Positions 47,669 through 61,400 of a DNA stretch of 64,000 bases are shown here, one piece after another. This stretch comes from Malacoraja senta. Taxonomy: Eukaryota. The translations under genes and the position numbers were made by a program. Position 1 is the first letter of the stretch. Each line of letters begins with the position of its first letter. Location of the stretch: positions 124,001-188,000 of the forward strand of contig JAXLNO010000620.1 in NCBI GenBank assembly GCA_038087875.1, given 5' to 3'. The notes beneath the pieces were generated by a model. The model was given only the letters and a program-made list of their open reading frames with translations, did not search any database and was not told the DNA's origin.

Positions 47669-50600
47669 GTAGGGGAGAAAGAAGAAAAAGATAATAAACA
47701 GAGAATAAGTGGTGGTGGGTTTCTTAAATGTGTATATTTTAATGCTAGGAGCATTGTAAGAAAGGTGGATGAGCTTAGAGTCTGGATTGACACCTGGAAG
47801 TATGATGTTGTGGCGATCAGTGAAACATGGTTGCAGGAGGGCTGTGATTGGAAACTAAATATTCCAGGATTTCGTTGCTTCAGGGGTGATAGAATTGGAG
47901 GGGCAAGAGGTGGGGGTGTTGCATTGCTTGTCAAGGAAGATATTACAGCAGTGCTTTGGCAGGATAGATTAGAGGGCTCGTCTAGGGAGGTTATTTGGGT
48001 GGAGCTGAGAAATGGGAAAGGTGTAGCAACACTTAATAGGGGTGTATTATAGACCGCCAAATGGGGAGCGAGAATTGGAAGAGCAAATATGTAAGGAGAT
48101 AGCAGATATTAGTAGTAAGCACAAGGTAGTGATTGTGGGAGATTTCAATTTTCCCACACATAGACTGGGAAACACATTCTGTAAAGGGCTGGATGGTTTG
48201 GAGTTTGTAAAATGTGTGCAGGATAGTTTTTTGCAGCAATACATAGAGGTGCCTACTAGAGAAGGGCAGTGCTGGACCTCCTGTTAGGAAATGAGACCGG
48301 GCAGGTGGCGGAGGTAAGCATCGGGGAGCACTTCGGGTCCAGTGATCACAATACCATTAGTTTCAATATAATTATGGAGAGGGTCAGAACTGGACCTAGG
48401 GTTGAGATTTTTGATTGGGAGAAAGGCTAACTTTGAGGAGATGCGAAAGGATTTAAAAGGAGTGAATTGGGACATGTTGTTTTTATGGGAAGGATGTAGA
48501 AGAGAAATGGAAGACATGTAAAGGTGAAATTTTAAGAGTACAGAATCTTTATGTATCTGTTCGGTTGAAAGGAAATAGTAAAATTGGAAAGAGCCATGGT
48601 TTTCAAGGGAAATTGGACACTTGGTTCGGAAAAAGAGAGAGATCTACAATAATTATAGGCAGCATGGAGTAAATGAGGTGCTTGAGGAGTATAAAGAATG
48701 TAAAAAGAATATTAAGAAAGAAATTAGAAAAGCTAAAAGAAGATATGAGGTTGCTTTGGCAAGTAAGGTGAAAGTAAATCCAAAGGGTTTCTACAGCTAT
48801 ATTAATAGCAAAAGGATAACAAGGAATAAAATTGGTCCATTAGAGAGTCAGAGTGGACAGCTATCTGCAGAGCCAAAAGAGATGGTGGAGATACTGAACA
48901 ATTTCTTTTCTTCGGTATTCACCAAGGAGAAGGATATGGAATTATGTGAGGTAAGGGGAACAAGCAGAGTAGCAATGGAGACTATGAGATTCAAAGAAGA
49001 GGAGGTGCGGACACTTTTGAAAAATATGAAAACGGATAAGTCTCCAGGTCCTGACAGGATATTCCCTCGGACATTGAGGGAAGTTAGTGTAGAAATAGCA
49101 GGGGCTATGACAGAAATATTTCAAATGTCATTAGAAACGGGAATAGTGCCGGAGGATTGGCGTACTGCGCATATTGTTCCGTTGTTTAAAAGGGTTCCAA
49201 GAGTATCTCGGACTTGAAGGGCCGAGATGGCCTGTTTCCGTGCTGTAATGGTTATATGGTTAGTAAACCTAGCAATTATAGACCTGTTAGTTTGACGTCA
49301 GTGGTGGGCAAATTAATGAAAGGATACTTAAAGATAATATATATAAGCATCTGGATAAGCAGGGTCTGATTGGATTTGGATTTGTGCCTGGAAGGTCATG
49401 TTTGACTAATCTTCTAGAATTTTTCGAAGAGGTTACTAGGGAAATTGATGAGGGTAAAGCAGTGGATGTTGTCTATATGGACTTCAATAAGGCCTTTGAC
49501 AAGGTTCCTCATGAAGGTTGGTTAAGAAGATTCAATTGTTGGGTATTAATGGTGGAGTAGCAAGATGGATTCAACAGTGCTGAATGGGAGATGCCAGAGA
49601 GTAATGGTGGATGGCTGTTTGTCAGGTTGGAGGCCGGTGACTAGTGGGGTGCCTCAGGGGTCTGTGTTGGGTCCACTGTTGTTTGTCATGTACATCAATG
49701 ATCTGGATGATGGTGTGGAAAATTGGATTAGTAAGTATGCAGATGATACTAAGATAGGTGGTGTGGTGGATAATGAAGTAGATTTTCAAAGTCTACAGAG
49801 AGATTTAGGCCATTTGCAAGAGTGGGCTGAAAGATGGCAGATGGAGTTTAATGCTGATAAATGTGAGGTACTACATCTCGGCAGGACAAATCAAAATAGG
49901 ACGTACATGGTAAATGGTAGCGAATTGAGGAATGCAGTTGAACAGAGGGATCTAGGAATAACTGTGCATAGTTCCCTGAAGGTGGAATCTCATGTAGATA
50001 GGGTGGTAAAGAAAGCTTTTGGGGTGCATGCCTTTATAAATCAGAGCATTGAATATAGAAGTTGGGATGTAATGTTAAAATTGTACAAGGCATTGGTGAG
50101 GCCAATTCTGGAGTATGGAGTACAATTTTGGTCGCCTAATGATAGGAAGGATGTCAACAAAAAGAGAGAGTACAGAGGAGATTTACTAGAATGTTGCCTG
50201 GGTTTCAGCAACTAAGTTACAGAGAAAGGTTGAACAAGTTAGGTCTTTATTCTTTGGAGCGCAGAAGGTTAAGAGGGGACTTGATAGAGGTCTTTAAAAT
50301 TATGAGCGGGTTAGACAGTTGACGTGGATAAGCTTTTTCCATTGAGAGTAGGGAAGATTCAAACAAGGGGACATGACTTGAGAATTAAGGGACAGAAGTT
50401 TAGGGGTAACATTAGGGGGAACTTCTTTACTCAGAGAGTGGTAGCTGTGTGGAATGAGCTTCCAGTGGAAGTGGTGGTGGCTGGTTCGATTTTATCCTTT
50501 AAAAATAGATTGGATGGGTATATGGACGGGAAAGGAATGGAGGGTTATGGTCTGAGTGCAGGTAGATGGGACTAGGAGGAAGTATTTATTATTTTAAAAA

Positions 50601-50672
50601 AATGTTCGGCACGGACTTGAAGGGCCGAGATGGCCTGTTTCCATGCTGTAATGGTTATATGGTTATATGGTT
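47669..50672 (+). mobile_element. Near-complete CR1 ORF2 (endonuclease plus RT), frameshifted, with (tatatggt) tail
   Basis: Motifs [48 protein letters not shown]. It interrupts the 64-bp minisatellite and is flanked by aatt on both sides. Confidence 0.93.
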
Positions 50673-51026
50673 AATTACTCCAGCAGTCTGTGAAACGTCA
50701 CCTATCCATGTTCTCCACAGATGCTGCCTGACCCACTGAGTTACTCCAGCACTCTGTGAAACGTCACCTATCCATGTTCTCCAGAGATGCTGCCTGACCC
50801 GCTGAGTTACTCCAGCACTCTGTGAAACGTCACCTATCCACGTTCTCCAGAGATGCAGGGCAGAAGACTTTGTTCTTCATTGGGAGTTTCCTAATGGACC
50901 AGTGTTTGCACATCAGGCATCTGGTGGCATGGCACAATATCAGAGGTTAGTCATTAAAAATCTTCTGTTGCCGTTCCTCACATTCGTTGCATGTCTCACT
51001 AAACCACAACCTGTGTCGCCTCTCCA

Positions 51027-51086
51027 TATATAGAGGCTGGCGGACAAGTGTAGCTCTAGTGCAGTGGTGTCGGCGGACAGGTAAGG
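51027..51086 (+). promoter_or_regulatory. Candidate TATA box and short non-coding first exon for SOUL copy B
   Basis: TATATAGA at 51027 in non-repeat sequence, with a strong donor CAG|gtaagg at 51080/51081. The ATG exon is preceded by a branch point (ctaat, 54261) and an acceptor (tctttgtgtccacacag, 54287), so it needs an upstream exon. Confidence 0.5.
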
Positions 51087-51219
51087 TACCTGCAGGTAGC
51101 GGCAATGTACCTGTAGTCTTGGGTGTCAAGTGTGCAGTGTGTATATCTCTCTGTTTCATTCACTCTATCTCCATCTATTTCTATATCACTGTCTACTTTC
51201 TTTCTCATTCTTGCACTCT

Positions 51220-51246
51220 CGTCTCTCTCTCTCCTCTCTCTCTCTC

Positions 51247-51317
<71 letters not shown>

Positions 51318-51373
51318 GTTCTCTATATCTCCATTTCTATATCTGTCTCTTTCTTCTGCTCACACTCTCCCCT

Positions 51374-51406
<33 letters not shown>

Positions 51407-51630
51407 GTTTCGTGCTCTCAATCACTATCGATTTTGTGTCTGTCTACTTTCTTTCTCCCATTCTCCCACTCTCTCTCCCACTCTCTCTCTCTCTCTCTCT
51501 CTCCCTCTCTGTTTCGCTCACTCTATCTCCACCTATTTCTGTTCTCCCCCCTCTCTCTTCCCTCTCCCTTTCTCTTTCACCCCGCCCTCCTTTCGCTCCC
51601 ACTCTTACTTCACTCTCTCCCCTCTCCCTG
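51220..51630. repeat. (CT)n-rich low-complexity tract
   Basis: Long tctc runs. Similar tracts at 41735-41960 and its mirror 53170-53410. Confidence 0.92.
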
Positions 51631-52429
51631 TCTATGGAGGACCCGGCGTGGGGGACAAGTAAGGGGGGAGAACAAAGGGGGACTTGGTGCAGGGGTACTT
51701 TGTAACTATGTAAGAGCCCTTTATGTGATGACTATTCGCATACCTTGTGTATGCAAGCAAAGAATTTTACTGTGGCTTGTCACCTGTGACAATAAACTAT
51801 TCAATTAGATTCAAAACCTCAGCCTCAGGATTGTAGCCCTCACTCAGAGGATGTCAAGAAAGGCTTGGGAGTATAGATAAGTTTTTAGTCTTGACTTAAA
51901 GGAGTTGATGGAGGGGGCAGTTCTGATGGGAAGGGGATGCTGTTCCACAGTCTAGGGGCTGCAACCACAAAGGCGCGGTCGCCCCTGAGCTTATGCCCAG
52001 ACCGCGGGATATTCAGCAACCCAAGTCGGCCGATCTGAGGGACCTGGAGGTGGAGTGGTGGGTGAGAAGACTTTTTATGTAGGTGGGGGCAAGCCCATTG
52101 AGGGCTTTGTAGACATGGAGGAGGATCTTGAAGTTTATACGGAACCGCACAGGGAGCCAGTGGAGAGAGGCCAGGATCGGGGTGATGTGGTCCCTTTTTT
52201 GGGTGCCCGTCAGGAGTCTCGCTGCGGCGTTTTGGACCAGTTGCAGGCGGGACTGGGAAGATTGGCTGATGCCAGTGTAAAGGGAGTTGCAGTAATCTAG
52301 GCGGGAGGAGATAAATGTGTGGATGATCTTTTCGAGGTCATCAAAGTGAGGAATTGTTTTATTTTAGCTATCGTCCGAAGCTGAAAGAAGCTAGCTTTTA
52401 CCACGGCATTGACTTGTTTGTCAAATTTC

Positions 52430-55400
52430 AGTGCTGAGTCAAATATCACGGCAAGGTTTTGACGTGAGGTTTGAGTAGTGGGGTAAGGCTTCCAAGGCTG
52501 CCTGCTGTCATTTTGATTGAGTCCGATGGGCGAGAAGGATGACCTCAGACTTACTCTCGTTTAGTTGGAGGAAGTTCTGGGCCATCACAACACTTTATAT
52601 CCTCGAGGCAGTGGGTAAGGTTAAGCAGATTTGATTGGTTTTTGGGCTTCAGGGGGAGATAGAGTTGTGTATCGTCTGCGTAACAATGGAAGGAAATGCC
52701 GTGCCTTTCAATGACTTGGCCTGAGGGGAGCATATACAGGGAGAAGAGAATGGGGCCAAGGATGGAACCTTGTGGAACCCCACAGCAGAGATTAGCTGGG
52801 GAGGAGAAAGAGTTGCCTATGTTAGTCGAGAAACTCCTACCTTTGAGGTAGGAGATGAACCAGCTCAGGGCAGTGCTATCAATACCAGCCCCGTACCGGA
52901 GACGGTCAATTAGGATGGTGTGGTCGACAGTATCAAATGCTGCGCTGAGGTCAAGAAGGAGCAGGATTGCACAGTCGCTGGAGTCAACGGTGAACAGTTG
53001 TGGGGTTGCGGGGAGACGGCAGGAGAACGGGATTAGGAGGCAGAGATAGATCAGCCATGATTGACTGGTGGAGTAGACTCGATGGAACGAATGGCCTCAT
53101 TCTCCACCTATAACTTGTGAACCTGTGAACACGGACACGGAGTCAGACACACAGACAGATACTCATATCGTCTCTCCCACCCTCTGTCTTGCTCTCTTTC
53201 CTTTCACTCTCCCTCTCCCATTCTTTCTCTCATTCTCACCCTCATTCTTTCCCTCTGCTCATCCCCATCCCTTGCCCTCTCTCTTGCTCTCTCCCCTTTC
53301 TCATTCCTTCACTCTCTCCCTTCCTCTTTCGCTCTCTCTCCTTCTCTCTCTCATTCTCAATCACTATCTCTCTCTGTCCCTCATTCTCTCTCACTTTTGT
53401 TCTCTCTCAGCCTTCTCTGGATGCTTTCAAGAGAGAGTTAGATAGAGCTCTTTGCGATAGCGGAGTCAGGGGATATGGGGAGAAGGCAGGAACGGGGTAC
53501 TGATTGGGGATGATCAGCCATGATCACATTGAATAGCGGTTGGAAACGCTGAACGGCCTACTCCTGCACCTATTGTCCATTGTCTATTGGCAAATGAAAT
53601 TCCCCGTATGTTGCTAAAAAACATACTTGGCTAATAAAGTATTATTGTGGTTGTGATTGATATGATACGATAGAACTTTATTTATCCCAGGAGGGAAATT
53701 GATCTGCCATCAGTCATAAAAACACACGATATGTGAAATTAAAGTGACGAGTGGAAAGGATTGGGGATGTGCAAAGATTTGGTGTGAGGGGAGTCAGTCT
53801 CAGTCTACCCCACGACAGCAGGGGGAGGAGTTGTACACTTTGATAGCCACAGGGAAGAAGGATCTCCTGTGGCGTTCTGTGCTGCATCTTGGTGGAACCA
53901 GTCTGTTGCTGAAGGTGCTCCTCAGGTTGACCAGTGTGTCATGGAGGGGGTGAGCTGTATTGTCCAGGATGCTCCATAGTTTGAGGAGCATCCTCCCCTC
54001 CAAGACCAACCTCCCGTGAATCCAACTCCAACTCCACCCCCAGGACGGAGCCGGCCTTCCCGACGAGTTTGTTGGTCAGGGGGTCTGACGGGGGGTGGGG
54101 GGTGGGGGGGGGATGATTCCACAGACGTGGCTGTCCCTGGAGCACCTTTCCACCAGGGGCCAGTGGAAGCAGAGACCCCCGCAATGTTTAACCGCGGCAC
54201 TGCGGGGGCTGGCCGGGATACAGTGGGCCGAAGGGCAGTGGTGGCCGTAAGTGGCACCGACTAATGGCTGTCTTTGTGTCCACACAGAGAGACCATGGTG
54301 CCTGCGACTCTCCTCTTGCTCGCCCTGCTGGCCATCGGAGGCGATTGCGGGAGAAGGTAGGAGCGTCTGTCTGTCTGTCTATCTGTGTCTGTCGATATGT
54401 GAGGTATCCCTCCCCCTCCACGGTCATCCCAATCCTCGACCCCCCGCAATCTGCAGTTCCTCCCCACCCTGGTCCGCTCGAGTTGCCAACTGTCCCGTAT
54501 TAGCCTGGACATCCCGTACATTGGGCTAAATTGGTTTTGCCCTTGTCCCGTATTTGACCGCTGCTACTCCGGTCGAGGGGACTGTCGGGTCGGAGCGCCG
54601 CGTCCGGCCCCCGCCTCAACCCGTCCCGACGTAGTGCAGCCCATGGAGTGCAGCAGCAGCAGTGCCTCGCCCGTGGCCCCGTCGGTCGGTCGGCAGCCCG
54701 GCCAGCTGTCCGACCTTCTGACACCACCACCACCACCGCCCCTCCTTCTCACGGCCGATCATCGGTTCGACACTCTACCGCTGTGCCACCGCATCACCAC
54801 TCTCATGGTACAGGGCAGAGTAGCGCAGCGGTAGAGTTGCTGCCTCACCGCGCCAGAGACCCGGGTTCGATCCTGACCACGGGTGCTGTCTGTACGGAGT
54901 TTGCACGTCCTCCCCTCGTGACCTGCGTGGGTTTTCTCCGCGTGCTCCGGTTTCTTCCCACCATCGCAAGATGTGCAGACTTGTAGGGTTAATCGGTTCA
55001 CTGTCGGATAGTGATGGCGTACGGGGATCGTGGGTTGGCACGGACTCGGCGGGCCGAAGGGACTGTTTCCGCGCTGTACATCTCCTCAATGTGTTATTGT
55101 GGCATCGTGCTTCTCTCTACAATGTACATCGTGCCTTGCAGCACAGTAGACATTCTGCTAATCTGCCCCCCCCCCCCTGTTTTATCCAGCCGAGCCATCC
55201 AACAATGTCTGGAGTTCGACGTCTTGTGCACAACTGATGATTTTGAGGTAAGGGTCACACAAGTCTGAAGAAGGATCCCGACCCGAAACGTCACCCATCC
55301 CTTCTCTCCAGAGATGCTGCCTGTCCCGCTGAGTTACTCCAGCTATTTGTGTCTACGGTTTAAACCAACATCTGCAGTTCCTTCCGACCTATTGAGGGAG

Positions 55401-58400
55401 TGCAGCGTAGGTTTACAAGGTTAATTCCTGGGATGGCGGGACTGTCATACGCTGAGAGAATGGAGCGGCTGGGCTTGTACACTCTGGAGTTTAGAAGGAT
55501 GAGAGGGCATCTTATTGAAACATATAAGATTATTAAGAGTTTGGACACGCTAGAGGCAGGAAACATGTTCCCGATGTTGGGGGAGTCCAGAACCAGGGCC
55601 CACACGGTTTAAGAATAAGGGGTCGGCCATTTAGAACAGAGGCGAGGAACCACTTTTTCTCACAGAGGGTCTGTGGAATTCTCTGCCTCAGAGGGCGGGG
55701 GAGGCCGGTTCTCCGGATACTTTCAAGAGAGAGCTAGATAGGGCTCTTAAAGATAGCGGAGTCAGGGGATATGGGGAGAAGGCAGGAATGGGGTACTGAT
55801 GGTGGATGATCAGCCATGATCACATTGAATGGCGGTGCTGGCTCGAAGGGCCGAATGGCCTCCTCCTGCACCTATTGTCTATTGTCTATTGTCAATATAA
55901 TAATCAATCACATTCAGTAAAAGCTATCCCGTCAAATCACACTGCAGAGGAGTACAATCGAGCTATACACAGGTACAACAGGCAGTGTTTAGTATGGTTT
56001 AGAGACACAGTGTGGAAACAGGCCCTTCGACCCAGCAAGTCCATGCCGACCAACGAGCCCCTCATACACTAGTTCGATCCTGCACATTACAATTTGCAGA
56101 AGCCAATCGAGCTACAAAACTGTGCGTCTTTGGAGTGTGGGAGGAAATCAGAGCACCTGAAGAAAACCCACGCGGTCACAGGCAGGAGCGGAAATCGCTG
56201 TCAAAACATGGGGGGGAGGGTGGGGGGCACACAATTTCTTGGTGGCCGCGTACACACGCTCACACACACACGCAAGGCTTCAGAGGCTTCGGCCGTGGGT
56301 CCTGTGGACGGTAACATCGGGAGCTGACCTGGTTGGTGACCGACTCCGAACTCGAGCAACAGCAGCTTCGTCCGCCCCGAATCGTGGGGCTTGAATCGGC
56401 CCGTTCGCGGGGCCTTACATCGCCCGGCGGGGGCTTAGATCCGGCTGGCGGGGGGCTTCAACATCCCTCCTCCAATCACCGGGCTCTATCCTCAGTCCCA
56501 CCCCCTCACTTCTGCCTCTGACCGACATCTCCCTCCTCCAATCATCGCGCTGAATCATCATGTCCCACCGCCCCCCCCCATTGCCTGCTGACTGACGTCT
56601 CTCTTGTCCAATCGGCGCCCTCGATCATCAGTCCCACCCCCACTGTCTCGCAGAAAGCGGAGATTTTTAATAGATTTTGTTTTCAACGAATTTCAAAATT
56701 CCGATTACGAAACTTGGGGGGGATTGTCCCCCACCCCTCAAAACATGGAGGGGATGTGCCCCCATCCCCCGCCGGGGTTTATGCCCATGGTCACAGGGAG
56801 AACACACAAACTCCGTACAGACAGCACCTGTAGTCAGGATCGAACCCGGGTCTCTGGCGCTGTGAGGCAGAAACTCGACCGCTGTGCCACCGTGCCGCGC
56901 ATAATTAAAATACCAGATAAGCCTCCCAGAGTAACTCTTCCCACGTCAGGTCGCCCGGATATTCCCTCTCTCTCTATCCCTCCCCCACTCAAGTCGCACC
57001 AGCTTCTCGTTTTCACCCAACAAACAGCTAGCAATGGCCTGTTTCCTTTATCATTGTAACTTTTTTACATATCTTTCATTCATTGTTCTTTATCTCTCCA
57101 CATCACCGTCAATATCAACATACAACAGACAATAGGTGCAGGAGTGGGCCATTCGGCCCTTCGAGCCAGCGGCGCTATTCACTGTGATCATGGCTGATCA
57201 TCCACAATCAGCACCCCGTTCCTGCCTTCTCCCCATATCCCTTGACCTCGCTATCTTTAAGAGCTCTATCTAACTCTTTTGAAAGCATCCAGAGAATTGG
57301 CCTCCACTGCCTTCTGAGGCAGAGAATTCCACAGATTCACAACTCTCTGTGTGAAAATGTTTATCCTCATCTTCATTCTAAATGGCCGACCCCTTATTCT
57401 TAAACTGTGGCCACTAGTTGTGGATATAGACGCACTGATCTGTTCTGTATTTATGCCTACAATATTCTGTTGTGCTGCAGCAAGAAAGTATTTCATTGTC
57501 CTATCTGGGACACATGACAATAAACTCTCTTGACTCCCCCAACATCGGGAACATGTTTCCTGCCTCTAGCGTGTCCAAACCCTTAATAATCTTATGTTTC
57601 AATAAGATCCCCTCTCATCCTTCTACATTCCAGTGTATACACTCCCAGTCATACTGTAGGTCATAAATAGCAGAATTAGGCCATTCGGCCCATCAAGTCT
57701 ATTCCGCCATTCAATCATGGCTGATCTATCTCTCCCTCCTAACCCAATTCTCCTGCCTTCTCTCCATAGCCCCTGACACCCATACAAATCAAGAATCTAC
57801 CCATCTCTGCCTTAAAAATATCCACTGACTACTCCATTCTTTCAACATATGACAGTCCCGCCATCCTGGGAATTAACCCCATTAATTATATCTCATTTCC
57901 CTTATCCCTAACCTGTCTGAAGAAGAGTCTCAACCCGAAACGTCACCCATTCCTTCTCTCCAGAGATGCTGCCTGCCCCGCTGGGTTGAGTTACTCCAGC
58001 TTTTTGTATGTATCTCCCAGAGTAACTATTGTACTTTATCTCCGTTCATCCACCCCCCTCCCCCCCCCGCCCTGCCCTTCCCCCAACCCGCACCCCACAC
58101 CTCTCCCCCTCCCTCAATAACTCCTCTTCCCCCATGCCCAGGTACGTCGATACAACGAGTCGGTCTGGGTCGGCACGCAGGTGAATGGCAACAATAGCCA
58201 TGCGTTCAGAGCGGCCAAGAGAGCCTTGAGAATGTACACAAGAAGGTCCAACGTGGAAGGTAGGCAGGAGTGGGCGCAGATATTCCCCTCCCGTAACAAA
58301 GACACCAAAATGTGCGACCGGAGGGACTGGTGACGGGATCTAGGGAGCGGGCAGGGCCGAAGATGTCCTGGTTGGGTTGCTCCTGGGCCTGGCCTAGCTG

Positions 58401-61400
58401 GCCGTCCGTGAGTCACGGCGCCAGGCGGAAGAGGGCTTTGCCCGAGCCGGCTGCCTGCCCCTTTACCGGGGTTACGTCCGTGCCCGGGTGGTGTTAGAGA
58501 GGGACATAGTTGTACAGAAGTTATTTAGTATATTTGTAAGGATTGTAACATCATTATTTGGAATTATAGTGTCTGAATAATTTGGTGTTTTTGTACTATG
58601 GTGGTGGGTGTGTTATTGTATCGTGATAGGAATTAAATAAATTATTTTTGATACAAAAAATACATCAAAGTGCTTAACAATAAGCATGTACGAGGCGTAA
58701 GTTTGCAGATGACATAAAAGCAGGTGGCACCATCGTCAATGAAGGTAGTTATCAGGAATTGCAGCACGACCTTGATCAGTTGGGCAAGTGGGCTGACCAA
58801 TGCCGTAAGGGCCTGTCCTTCTTAGGTGATTTTTTTAGACGACTACAGGCGACTAGGCTGTCGCCACATGGTCGCCCGGGGTGTCGCCTGTACGGCCGTG
58901 AGTCGTCTCCTCAGTCGCTCAAACAGTCGTGGCGTATTTCTGGTCGCCGCTGGATTTTGAAATGTTCAAAGATTTTCGGCGTCAGTGGGCTTGACGCCAA
59001 TGAGCGTAGCTTGACCTCCTGACGTAGGTGCTGTCGTAGATTGTCGCCAGGATGACGTGGGTGGTCGCCGGGTGCTGACTTCGGTGAATTCCATTGGCGA
59101 CTACGTACGTCAACTGGCGACAGGTGCCAGCGACCGAATTGTCTTCAGTTGTCGCTGACGGTGTAGGTTGTGGTAGGTGTGGTCGTAGGTGGACATCCTA
59201 ATGGGTCGCCAGTTCTCGGTAGCTTGCCGTAGCTTGACGTTGACTAGGCGGTAGCTTGTCGTAGACATTGTCCTCGGGAAGGGTCCAGTTGCCGGTTTCT
59301 CGGCGAACTGCTACGACTATGACAGTCGCCGGCAGTCGCCGAAAAAATCGCCTAAGTGGGACAGGGCCTTCATGGAGCTTAATACAGATAATACAGTTAG
59401 GGATAATACGGTTAGGAATGATACATTTTCTGTCTCATTCCTAACTGTCACTGTATGTCATGTTGTCACTTGCAGGCGGAGCACCAAGGCAAATTCCTTG
59501 TATGTGAATATTTGGCCAATAAAATGTATTAATTAATTAATAAGTGCAAGGTGTAGCACATTTGCAAAGTCGAATCAGGGCTGGACCTTCACAGTGAATT
59601 TGTGAATTTGTGAACAAGGCCCTGTTCAAAAAAAAAATTTATTATACAAATACTTTTATTCAGAAAACAAAAACAAACATACAAAAGTGGAGCACGATCC
59701 AAACTGCCATTGCAACAGTTTACAAAACAACTGACCTCACTCTTCCTTTCTCCCCCCAGAGGCACAGATTGGAAGGACAGGGCAACTGCTTGTCTCCATG
59801 GCCGAGAATGGAGAAAGGAACCTGTTCAAGCTGCTTCCCACAGAGGTGCAGAACAACCCTCCAACACCCACAGACCCTCAGGTGAGTAGACGCATTGTCC
59901 CACAGCACGGAAACAGGCCCTTCAGCCCAACCTGCCTATGCCCACCAACATGCCCCATCTACTAGTCCCACCCACTTGCCTGCCTTTGGCCTGTACACCC
60001 ATCCTATCCATGGACCTGCCCAAATGCTTTATGAACGCTGTGATTGTCCCTACCTCAACGACCTCCTCCGGCAGCTCGTTCCCTATATGCACCACCCTTT
60101 GTGTGGAAGAAAAGTTGCTATTGAGGGAGTGCAGCATAGGTTCATCAGGTTAATTCCCGGGATGGTGGGACTGTCATATCCTGAGAGAATGGAGCGGCTG
60201 GGCTTGTACACTCTGGAGTTTAGAAGGATGAGAGGGAATCTTATTGAAACATAAGATTATTAAGGGTTTGGACACGCTAGAGGCAGGAAACATGTTCCCG
60301 ATGTTGGGGGAGTCCAGAACCAGGGGCCACACAGTTTAAGAATAAGTGGTAAGCCATTTAGAACGGAGATGAGGAAACACTGTTTCACCCAGAGAGTTGT
60401 GAGTCTGTGGAATTCTCTGCCTCAGAGGGCGGTGGAGGCCGGTTCCCCAGATACTTTCAAGAGAGAGTTAGATAGAGCTCTTAAAGATAGCGGAGTCAGG
60501 GGATATGGGGAGAAGGCAGGAACGGGGTACTGATTGAGGATGATCAGCCATGAGTCAAGTCAAGAGTCAAGAGAGTTTTATTGTCATGTGTCCCAGATAG
60601 GACAATGAAATTCTTGCTTGCTGCAGCACAACAGAATGTGGAAACATAATACAGAACAGGAGATAAAATTGATCCCATTGAATGGCGGTGCTGGCTGGAA
60701 GGGCCGAATGGCCTACTCCTGCACCTATTGTCTATTGTCTATTGTCTCAGGATCCTATTAAATCTGTCCCCACTCTCAGCTTAAAGCTGTGTCCTCCGCT
60801 TCTCGATTCCCCCACTCTGGGCAAGAGACTCTGAGCGTTTACCCGATCTTTTGCTCAAGTGCCAGGAGAAAGCAGGTGAAGGTTGGGAATGTTCATGTGG
60901 TCTCTTGTTGCCATCCTCCAGGTGTTTATTCAACGTTTCCCGAGTATGGAGGTGTTCGTCAGGGAGATTGCGTTTGGGAACGCCGAACTGGAAGGCAGCC
61001 TCTTCAACCAGACCCTCACCGATGAGGGTGCCCAGTTCAATGACACCACCTTATTTGTGGCGTTCTGCAAAAGGTACGTTCCGCCCTGCGACGACCAGGT
61101 AGATGACATCTACCACCCTCCCCTCATCGATCATCTCTCTCACATAGAAACACAGAAAATAGATTGCAGGAGTAGGCCAGTTGGAGCTTCTATTCGCGAT
61201 CAACCCCATCTGTCTGTTGGAAGGTCAAACAAAATGTTGGGATGTTGTTGGTATGTTCCCGATGTTGGGGGGAGTCCAGAACCAGGGCCCACAGTTTAAG
61301 AATAAGGTGTAAGCCATTTGGAACGGAGATGAGGAAACACTTTTTCACACAGAGAGTTGTGAGTCTGTGGAATTCTCTGCCTCAGAGGGTGGTGGAGGCC

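Noticed and set aside
50987..51808. Long Leu/Ser-rich ORFs (273, 179 and 191 aa)
   Set aside because: They are artefacts of the (CT)n low-complexity tract.
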